NCBI GenBank assembly: GCA_043813875.1
Contig: JBDRKP010000070.1
Location: 1 to 25,685, forward strand
DNA length: 25,685 nucleotides
Source of the DNA: an archaeon
GTDB taxonomy: Archaea; EX4484-52; B79-G9
Direction: 5' to 3'
Part shown: positions 15,257-22,487 of the stretch, one piece after another
Position numbering within the stretch: position 1 is the stretch's first letter
Layout: each line of letters starts with the position of its first letter
The notes under the pieces: model-generated
Database searches by the model: none
Told to the model about the DNA's origin: nothing
Seen by the model: the letters and a program-made list of their open reading frames with translations, nothing else
Position numbers and translations under genes: made by a program

Positions 15257-17815
15257 TTATTCTGCGCTGCCGGAAGTATCTGATGTGTCCGGACTAGCCG
15301 GATTGTCTTCTGTGTCGACTACGTCGCTCAAATCCACACCCATCACCTGACTTACGCCGTTTTGCATGGAGACGCCGTATACGCGGCTCGAGCGCCTTAC
15401 GGTGGCATCGCTGTGCGAGATGACCAGGAACTGGGATTCGCCGGCATAGCTCTGGATTAGGTCGCCGATCTTTTCTGAGTTCTTCTTGTCAAGGGCTGCG
15501 TCTATCTCGTCAAGTATGTAGAACGGACATGGCCTCGTGCGCTGGATGGCGAATAAGAATGCGATGGCTGTGAGGGTCTTCTCGCCGCCTGAGAGGGAGT
15601 CGATGGACAGGAGGCGCTTGTCTTTTGGCTGGGCTTTTATCACCAGACCGGATTCGATGTTGTCGGGATCTTCCATTATGAGCTCGGCGGGACCGTCGGC
15701 AAGTGTCTTGAATACTTTTCCGAATTCGTCTGATACTTTTTCGAGGGTGCTGTAGAACATGAGTTTCCTTTTCTCTTCGAGTTTCGCTATCATCTCCTCT
15801 ATCGAGTTGCGCTCACTTTTCAGCAACTCTACGCGCTCGTTGAATTCGGTGTAGTCTTTTTCGTACTGGTCGTATTCTTCGATGGCTTTCATGTTGACGA
15901 GGCCGATGCTTCTTAGCTGGCGATCGATGTTGTTGAGTTCTTTCTGGATCTTTGACGGGTCGTCTTTTGTGAGGTCTTTTTCGTTCTTGTATTTTTCGTA
16001 GTCGATCATGTAATTTTCAAGCTCGGCCTCGAGTTTCGCGCGGCTGATGCGCATCTGCTGGATCTCTGCCTCAAGGCTCAGTTTCTGCTCGTACTGGCCT
16101 TTTCTTGAGTGTTTCATGTTGTCGATTTCGCTTATAATATTGTTTTTCTCTTTCTGGAGCTTGTCGACTTCATTGGATTCGTCTTTGACTTTGCCCTGCT
16201 TTTCTTCCAGCAGGTTGTTTAAGTCTTCTATCTCTTTTTTCAGGTCCTCGTTTTCAAGGGTGAGTTTCTTTATGGCGTTCTCGTATTCGTTTACGTCGGT
16301 CAGCTCTTTTACGTTGACTTTGCCTGGCGCTCGTTTCATGCTGCCGCCGACTATGGCGCCGCCGGCTTCGAAGAGGTCGCCGTCGAGTGTCACGACTTTC
16401 AGGCCGCGTACTTTTTTTGCTGAGCCTGCGTCTTCTGCTACCAATGTGTCGCGGAATACGTGGTTGAATGCTATCTGGTATTTCCGGTCGAAGTCGAGAA
16501 GGTTTACTGCGAAGTCAATTATGCCTGACATCTTGGATGCTATCTCGGCCTTTGCTGAGATTGATGTCGGCTGGAGGCGGTCCATCGGTAGAAAGCGCAC
16601 GCGTCCCAGGCTGTTTTGTTTGAGGTAGTTTATGCATTCGAGCGATGTCGTCTCGCTGTCGGTGATTATGTCGTTAAGGCGGGCGCCTGCTGCGGTGTTT
16701 ATTGCCACTTCGTATCGCGGGTCGATGCTTGAGAGGGCGCCTATTGTGCCATAGACGCCGGGAAGCTTCAGGTCAAGGATGGAGCGTACGGCCCTGTTGC
16801 CTACGTCTTCGCCTTTGCTTGCGCGGAAGGTGTTTATTTTCGCGATCATCTCTTCCAGATGATCTATCTCGCGAAAATTGCTGTTTATCTGGCTTTCGCG
16901 CTTGATTATGCGGGAGTTAAGGTCTTCTATCTCTTTTCTTATTTCCGCATTGACTGATTTTTTTATGATATTCCGGTCGATGTCCTGGATGAACTGTTCT
17001 TTTTCGTCCAGGTCGTCGTCGAAGTGGCCTACTTTGCCTCTTAAGTTTGCGAGTTCGGATTCTTTTATTTCGATGTTGCGGCCGATGTTTTCGAGTGTGC
17101 CTTCGACGGCCTTGACACGGCTGAATGCGAGTGTGGCTGCAAGTTTTGCGCGCCCGTCTTCGAGAGTCTTGTGTTTCATCGCAAGGTCGCGGTCTTTTTT
17201 TAGCCTGTCAAGCGAGTCTTTTTTTTCAGTGAGAATGAGTGATGCGTCCTCTAGGTTGCGCTCTGCGACTTTGAGTTCTTCGGCGGCCTTCTCTTTTCTT
17301 GAGGTGTATTCGTCTATGCCTGCTACGCGGTCTATGACTTCCCTGCGTTCGCGGGGGCGCATCTTGATGACGTTGGTTATGTCGTCCTGCTGGATTATGT
17401 TGTGGCCTTCGGGGTCTATGCCTGCGTATGAGAGTATCTCGAGTATCTTTGCCCTGTTCTCCACTTTCTCGTTAAGGCGGTATACGGACTGACCCTGGCG
17501 GTTGACTCTTCTTGAAATGATGATTTTTTCTTCCTGGTCGGGGATTGTCCTGTCGGAGTTGTCAAGGTGGAGCGAGATCATCGCGTGATCTGCGGGTTTC
17601 CTGCCGTGGCCGCCGTTGTAGATGACGTGGTCCATGCGGCCTGCGCGGAGCCTGCCGGATGAGCTGCCAAGAACGAATACGAGAGAGTCGAGGACGTTTG
17701 ATTTGCCTGCGCCGTTGGGGCCTATTATGGCGTTGAAACCAGGGTATAGAGGGATGACCTGCTTTTTCTGGAATGACTTGAATCCCTGGACGACTATCTT
17801 TTCTAGCATCACCAT
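15257..17815 (-). CDS. smc: Chromosome segregation protein SMC (short, 852 aa)
   Basis: GFKSF, Walker A GPNGAGKSN, Q-loop, hinge (GVYGTI...VTLDGDLFEAGGAIVGG), signature LSGGEK and Walker B/D-loop YILDEIDAALD. Confidence 0.95.
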   Translation of the reverse strand: MVMLEKIVVQGFKSFQKKQVIPLYPGFNAIIGPNGAGKSNVLDSLVFVLGSSSGRLRAGRMDHVIYNGGHGRKPADHAMISLHLDNSDRTIPDQEEKIIISRRVNRQGQSVYRLNEKVENRAKILEILSYAGIDPEGHNIIQQDDITNVIKMRPRERREVIDRVAGIDEYTSRKEKAAEELKVAERNLEDASLILTEKKDSLDRLKKDRDLAMKHKTLEDGRAKLAATLAFSRVKAVEGTLENIGRNIEIKESELANLRGKVGHFDDDLDEKEQFIQDIDRNIIKKSVNAEIRKEIEDLNSRIIKRESQINSNFREIDHLEEMIAKINTFRASKGEDVGNRAVRSILDLKLPGVYGTIGALSSIDPRYEVAINTAAGARLNDIITDSETTSLECINYLKQNSLGRVRFLPMDRLQPTSISAKAEIASKMSGIIDFAVNLLDFDRKYQIAFNHVFRDTLVAEDAGSAKKVRGLKVVTLDGDLFEAGGAIVGGSMKRAPGKVNVKELTDVNEYENAIKKLTLENEDLKKEIEDLNNLLEEKQGKVKDESNEVDKLQKEKNNIISEIDNMKHSRKGQYEQKLSLEAEIQQMRISRAKLEAELENYMIDYEKYKNEKDLTKDDPSKIQKELNNIDRQLRSIGLVNMKAIEEYDQYEKDYTEFNERVELLKSERNSIEEMIAKLEEKRKLMFYSTLEKVSDEFGKVFKTLADGPAELIMEDPDNIESGLVIKAQPKDKRLLSIDSLSGGEKTLTAIAFLFAIQRTRPCPFYILDEIDAALDKKNSEKIGDLIQSYAGESQFLVISHSDATVRRSSRVYGVSMQNGVSQVMGVDLSDVVDTEDNPASPDTSDTSGSAE

Positions 17816-17929
17816 TCTTTATACCCCCACTGTTCTTCTCTAGAATGTATACATTACTGTTGGGCGCAAATATTTATATTTGAGGTGAATTTTATGGCAG
17901 AAGGAAAATGTCGGCGAAATTACTTTTAA

Positions 17930-18685
17930 TCAACAGATAAGACTTTTATTACATGTTTCAACAAGATATCTTTTCTTTTGATCAGCTAAATGTAAAATAG
18001 ACATTGAATGCACTTTTTTTATTAATTTCCAAGTATTTACATCGTCTGATGCTAAATCAACCTGAAGCTTCATTTTTCTAAGATCATCATACTTTAATTG
18101 AATATTGTGCCGTTTGGGATTTAGAAATTTTTCTACAATCATATTTTCTGTTTTAATATCTAATCGATGAGGATCTATAACCAATGAACCTTCACGCCTT
18201 AAGGTCTCAAAGACCATACTTGCGGTCACTTCATATACCGATTTTGCCTTTTTATATAACGGATGCTCACGATCATTTATTAATCGGCAGCATGAAAAGT
18301 GCTTAGAATAATGGTACAATGAAGGGTCAACTGGCGTTAGATAGGCATCTTTGTCGAGATATAAAAGATTTGAGAACAAAATAGGCAATACATGAGCACT
18401 ACGTGCTTTTTCCGGTAATAAAAACATTAAACCCTTGTTGAATTTTGTTCTCAGAGCAATTCCCAATCCAAAACCAGCATTTGTCTCACCGCCGTCACCA
18501 TGATAAATAATTGCTGCCTTTTTGCTTTTTATATTCTGAAAAATTTCGCGGTTTATCTTTTTATAATCTTCTGTGCATATTTCCTCATCATCGTTAAATA
18601 TTATTGAAATTATTTCCGGGTTACCATGAAGCATTAAATCTGATTTTATTTCGTTTATGATTCTCTGTCTTTCATTAATACCCAT
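17930..18685 (-). CDS. SDH-family (ClpP-fold) serine protease-like protein
   Basis: HGDGG...LR...LLPEKARSA...LTPVDP...H...LRKMKLQV resembles the SDH/Clp-fold pattern with candidate Ser, Asp and His. The ATG at 18685 is preferred; the gene is AT-rich. Confidence 0.65.
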   Translation of the reverse strand: MGINERQRIINEIKSDLMLHGNPEIISIIFNDDEEICTEDYKKINREIFQNIKSKKAAIIYHGDGGETNAGFGLGIALRTKFNKGLMFLLPEKARSAHVLPILFSNLLYLDKDAYLTPVDPSLYHYSKHFSCCRLINDREHPLYKKAKSVYEVTASMVFETLRREGSLVIDPHRLDIKTENMIVEKFLNPKRHNIQLKYDDLRKMKLQVDLASDDVNTWKLIKKVHSMSILHLADQKKRYLVETCNKSLIC

Positions 18686-18718
18686 AAAATAAATGAAATA
18701 GACAAATATAAGTATTTT

Positions 18719-18805
18719 TGTATCTAAATAAATATATACACCTTTAATACATGTAAGATACACACAAAAGATGCAAAAAATACATAAATATAAAATATTG
18801 ATGCA
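18719..18805. promoter_or_regulatory. Phased ATRCA repeats in the divergent promoter
   Basis: ATACA at 18736, 18747 and 18758 (11-bp period) and 18780; ATGCA at 18771 and 18801; inverted TGTAT at 18719. Confidence 0.45.
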
Positions 18806-18838
18806 CATAATCTAGAATAATGGGGTTGAGGGGATACT

Positions 18839-19054
18839 ATGAATAAAGAAAAGATGGCCAGACTTCAAATAAAAATGTCAGCTAATGCCTTGAAGGAGTT
18901 AGAAGACCTTCAAAAAAAAATTGATGCTTCAACTAGGACACAGGTTATAAAAAGCAGCTTAAAAGTCTATAGATTTTTGGAAGATGAAAAAAGCAAAGGT
19001 TCGAAGATAATAATCAAAGATAAAGAGGGTAAAGAAAGAGAAATAATTTTATGA
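18839..19054 (+). CDS. Ribbon-helix-helix (CopG-like) DNA-binding protein
   Basis: Alternating beta strand ARLQIKM then two helices (ALKELEDLQKKI, TRTQVIKSSLKVYRFL); GAGGGG SD upstream. Confidence 0.8.
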   Translation: MNKEKMARLQIKMSANALKELEDLQKKIDASTRTQVIKSSLKVYRFLEDEKSKGSKIIIKDKEGKEREIIL

Positions 19055-19341
19055 TGACGAGTAAAAAAGATAAAAATATATCAGCGATTATTAAAGAAGA
19101 AGATTATATTGATGACATCGAACCAACTGCCGTATTTGAAGAAATTAGGAAAAATAAACATCAAGAGATTCAAAAAACAATAGCATATCTCGTTATAGGC
19201 GGTTATATTGTTGTTGAGTTAATGGTTCTTACGCTTCTTTACTTAGGCATAAATATCCAAACATACGAATCACACACTTCTGAATTCCGATTATTGGTAG
19301 CAGCGGTTATTGGCTATTATTTTGGAATTGCATCCAAATAA
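19051..19341 (+). CDS. Small 2-TM membrane protein
   Basis: ATGA overlap with the RHH gene; charged N-terminus and two hydrophobic segments, the second ending in GYYFG. Confidence 0.75.
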   Translation: MMTSKKDKNISAIIKEEDYIDDIEPTAVFEEIRKNKHQEIQKTIAYLVIGGYIVVELMVLTLLYLGINIQTYESHTSEFRLLVAAVIGYYFGIASK

Positions 19342-19421
19342 TATCAATGATATTCCTTTAAATGTTTATAAATATCTCTCATCAATTATTCTTTATCATA
19401 TTGAAATGACGAGGTGTTTTT

Positions 19422-20108
19422 ATGAGTGATGATGACGCAGACAATATATTATCGGATGAGGATTACCAGAAAATTGCAAAGGATGTGAAGTCGCTGAAAA
19501 CGGGCGGGAAGGAGGAGTTCAGTATCGGCCTTGAGGCGCCACGAAGGGAGCAGATTATCCCGAGTGCGCCGCGTGAGGAAAAGATCGATCTTAAGGAAAG
19601 ACCGGCTCCGGCAGTTGTCTCTGCTGCGCCAAAACCCGCAGCATGCCTTTTCTGCAAGATCGTGAAGAAAGAGATACCTGCGCGAATTGTGCATGAGAAT
19701 GATGATTTTCTTGCGTTTCTTGATATACAGCCGAAGGCTGTCGGGCATGTCGTCATTGTCTCCAAGAGGCATGTCATCGATATGATCGATCTTGATGTTG
19801 CTGAGCAGAATTCGCTGAATGACGTCCTGCAGGAGCTGTGTCTTCGGATGAAAAACAGGCTTAAGGCGACCGGATATACTGTCGTATCTTCAAACGGGGT
19901 GTCTGCCGGGCAGGTTGTGCCTCATTTCTCGATGCATGTCATCCCTTCGTACGCTGCCAATACTGTCGATCTGCCTTTGCTTAACCTGATACAGCCGCAT
20001 AAGGTGCCTGATTTCGTGATGGATGACGTGGCGGTCAAACTCTCCAGTTTCGGTACGCAGGAGACGAAAAAGAAAGACGGAGTTTATAAGGGATTCGGGG
20101 TCCAGTGA
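19422..20108 (+). CDS. HIT-family protein with N-terminal extension and degenerate triad
   Basis: CLFCKIV.KEIPA.IVHEND..LAFLDIQP...GH...KRH and AGQVVPHFSMHVIP; GAGGTG SD. Confidence 0.88.
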   Translation: MSDDDADNILSDEDYQKIAKDVKSLKTGGKEEFSIGLEAPRREQIIPSAPREEKIDLKERPAPAVVSAAPKPAACLFCKIVKKEIPARIVHENDDFLAFLDIQPKAVGHVVIVSKRHVIDMIDLDVAEQNSLNDVLQELCLRMKNRLKATGYTVVSSNGVSAGQVVPHFSMHVIPSYAANTVDLPLLNLIQPHKVPDFVMDDVAVKLSSFGTQETKKKDGVYKGFGVQ

Positions 20109-20113
20109 GCATA

Positions 20114-20425
20114 TCATTGCCGGAAGAGGAAATAATATATCAGGATGACTGCCAGGTCGAGCGCCAGAAATGCGAATAGAGCCGCGTGAATACCTGCTTC
20201 GCCAAATATTATCGCGGTTATTGTCACGAGTATGCCGAGGACGAGTTGAAATCCGATTGATGCCCCTATCAATGCCATGAATGCCGCGGCTGCAAGACCG
20301 GCGGTCAGATAGATGTAGAGTTTGCCAGGGTATTTCAGGCATGTGATGAATGCGAGAATCGCAAGGACTGCCCAGAGGATGAAGAGAGGATGCATTGAAA
20401 CCAGTATATTATTGGGTATTGTCAT
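20114..20425 (-). CDS. Small integral membrane protein (about 4 hydrophobic segments)
   Basis: 103-aa ORF that is almost entirely hydrophobic and converges on the HIT gene. Confidence 0.7.
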   Translation of the reverse strand: MTIPNNILVSMHPLFILWAVLAILAFITCLKYPGKLYIYLTAGLAAAAFMALIGASIGFQLVLGILVTITAIIFGEAGIHAALFAFLALDLAVILIYYFLFRQ

Positions 20426-20453
20426 TTATATTTATGCGGTCTTGTGGCTTGAA

Positions 20454-20650
20454 ACGCTAAAGATTCCGCCACCCTATTGAGCAGGGATATGCGGAATCTT
20501 TGCGTGATCAACAACCTTTTGTGATATTTGTGGGGGCATACAAAGCATCATGGAAATCATTGTGCAGTTTATCAATTTCCAAGCTTTCCGGTTGCAGGAT
20601 ATTGTGATGCAACCGTAAATACTCCGATTTATTGACCGGCGGTTGTTGAC
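20454..20650. other. Structured intergenic element (candidate ncRNA or non-autonomous element)
   Basis: Bulged hairpin ACGC-T-AAAGATTCCGC...GCGGAATCTTT-GCGT (20454-20505). A 9-bp IR TCAACAACC (20508) / GGTTGTTGA (20641) encloses TGGAAAT/ATTTCCA and CGGTTGCA/TGCAACCG hairpins. Confidence 0.5.
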
Positions 20651-20684
20651 AAGCTTATAATGTTTGATGAGCATCAGTTATGTT

Positions 20685-21215
20685 ATGAAGAAGGTACTTT
20701 TCCTGGATTTCTCGGAGACGCTTTACAGTGTAAGCGGCGTGTTCAGCGATACGATGAGCTTTCTTGATAAGGTCAAGGATGAATATGTGCTCGTGATCAT
20801 CGCTGATGAAGATACAAAGGAACTGGAAGAGAAAATGAATTCTTTCGGCATCACGAAGTATTTTGCGCTTGTTTTCAGCCCGAAGGATTACGGGATGAAG
20901 AAGCCGGACCATAAGCTTGTCAATGTGGCGCTTGCGCTTGTAAAGGATAAGACTGGCGAGGATGTCTCAAAGAATGACTGTTTCCTTCTCGGCGACAGGC
21001 CGGATAAGGATATCAAGATGGGCAATATGGCAGGAATAAGGACCATCAGGGTGAAGAGGGGCGCTTATGCTTATCTTGAGCCGGAGTATGATGAGGAGAA
21101 GGCGAACTATACTGTCCAGACGCTGAAGGATGCGCTTGAGATTCTTCTGCCGAAGGTGAAGAGCGAGAAGAAGGCTGTCAGGAAGAAAATAATGAAGGTA
21201 AAGAAGAAGAGATGA
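20685..21215 (+). CDS. HAD-superfamily hydrolase-like protein, capless, with Lys-rich tail
   Basis: VLFLDFSETL (motif I), KKPD (III) and LLGDRPDKDI (IV); TTATAA box about 27 bp upstream of the ATG at 20685. Confidence 0.82.
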   Translation: MKKVLFLDFSETLYSVSGVFSDTMSFLDKVKDEYVLVIIADEDTKELEEKMNSFGITKYFALVFSPKDYGMKKPDHKLVNVALALVKDKTGEDVSKNDCFLLGDRPDKDIKMGNMAGIRTIRVKRGAYAYLEPEYDEEKANYTVQTLKDALEILLPKVKSEKKAVRKKIMKVKKKR

Positions 21216-21386
21216 CAAAAGTCGCCTGCTGCTTTCGAATGAAAGATTCATAAGTGCTTGGGTGGGCAAGAGTTTAAATAATTTTAGGGTTTAATTATTC
21301 TGTGGGTCAATTTGAAGGCAGACGTGAAAAAAGGGACCGAAAATATCGGAAAAAAATATAAATATTCATCCAATAACAAAAAAGAG

Positions 21387-22487
21387 ATGAATGCACTACT
21401 TGTTCTTGAGGACGGATCTTACTTCAAAGGAATCGGTTTCGGTGCCGAAAAGAGGGTCGAAGGGGAGGTCGTGTTCAATACCGGCATGGTAGGGTATACC
21501 GAGTGCCTAACGGATCCTTCTTACAATGGGCAGATTCTTGCCCTGACTTATCCCCTGGTCGGCAATTACGGCGTGCCTAAGTACAAGTATGATTCATGGG
21601 AACTGCCTGTCAATTTCGAGTCTTCAGGCATCAAGGTGCAGGGACTCATCACAGGCGAAGTATGCCATAATCCCAGCCACTGGCAGTGCAATAAGACGCT
21701 TCCGGAATGGTTTTTCAAGGAGAAGAAGGTGGGGATTGCAGGTATCGATACGAGGGCGCTTACCAAGAAGCTCCGGGCATTCGGTAGCATGAGAGGGATT
21801 CTTGAGGTAGGGCATCCAGATCTTGAGACGCTGAAGGTGGAAGTGAAGAATGTCGATGACCCGAATGCGAGGAATCTCGTGTCTGAAGTGTCTGTCAAAA
21901 AGCCTGTCACTTATGGCGACGGGAAGAAGAATATAGTTCTTGTCGACTGCGGGGCGAAGGCGAATATCATCAGGGAACTGTGCCAGAGGGATTCGACTGT
22001 TGTCGTTGTGCCATATAATTATTCTGCGAACAGGATCATGGATATTGAGCCGGACGGAGTGGTGGTGTCGAACGGACCAGGGGATCCGAAGATGCTTCTT
22101 GATTCTACTGTTTATGCGGCCAGGGAACTTATGGGTGAGAAGATTCCGATGTTTGGTATCTGTCTTGGGAACCAGATAATGGGACTTGCTTTTGGGATAG
22201 ACACATATAAACTCAAGTTCGGGCATCGGAGCCAGAACCAGCCGTGCATCGACATGAGGACCAAGAGGTGCTTTATCACAAGCCAGAATCATGGGTTCGT
22301 GCTGGATGAGAAGGGATTTCCCAAGGATGTCCGGCCATGGTTCGTGAATGCGAATGACAAGACGATAGAGGGCATAAGGCATGCGAGCGGCAAGTTCTTT
22401 TCTGTGCAGTTCCACCCGGAGGCGAATGCGGGGCCGGTTGATACAGCTTATCTTTTTGATGAATTCTTAGGTGTATGCAATGACTAA
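21387..22487 (+). CDS. carA: Carbamoyl-phosphate synthase small (glutaminase) subunit
   Basis: GEVVFNTGMVGY...TDPSY.GQIL..TYPLVGNYG, SNGPGDP, GICLG (Cys nucleophile) and QFHPE. The ATG at 21387 is preferred over the TTG at 21312. Confidence 0.97.
   Translation: MNALLVLEDGSYFKGIGFGAEKRVEGEVVFNTGMVGYTECLTDPSYNGQILALTYPLVGNYGVPKYKYDSWELPVNFESSGIKVQGLITGEVCHNPSHWQCNKTLPEWFFKEKKVGIAGIDTRALTKKLRAFGSMRGILEVGHPDLETLKVEVKNVDDPNARNLVSEVSVKKPVTYGDGKKNIVLVDCGAKANIIRELCQRDSTVVVVPYNYSANRIMDIEPDGVVVSNGPGDPKMLLDSTVYAARELMGEKIPMFGICLGNQIMGLAFGIDTYKLKFGHRSQNQPCIDMRTKRCFITSQNHGFVLDEKGFPKDVRPWFVNANDKTIEGIRHASGKFFSVQFHPEANAGPVDTAYLFDEFLGVCND

Noticed and set aside
15537..17843. Plus-strand ORFs over smc
   Set aside because: They are antisense shadows of smc.
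18686..18808. 41-aa N-terminal extension of the protease ORF
   Set aside because: The Cys/Ile/Tyr/Phe-rich stretch is a translation of the AT-rich promoter repeats; the ATG at 18685 is more plausible.
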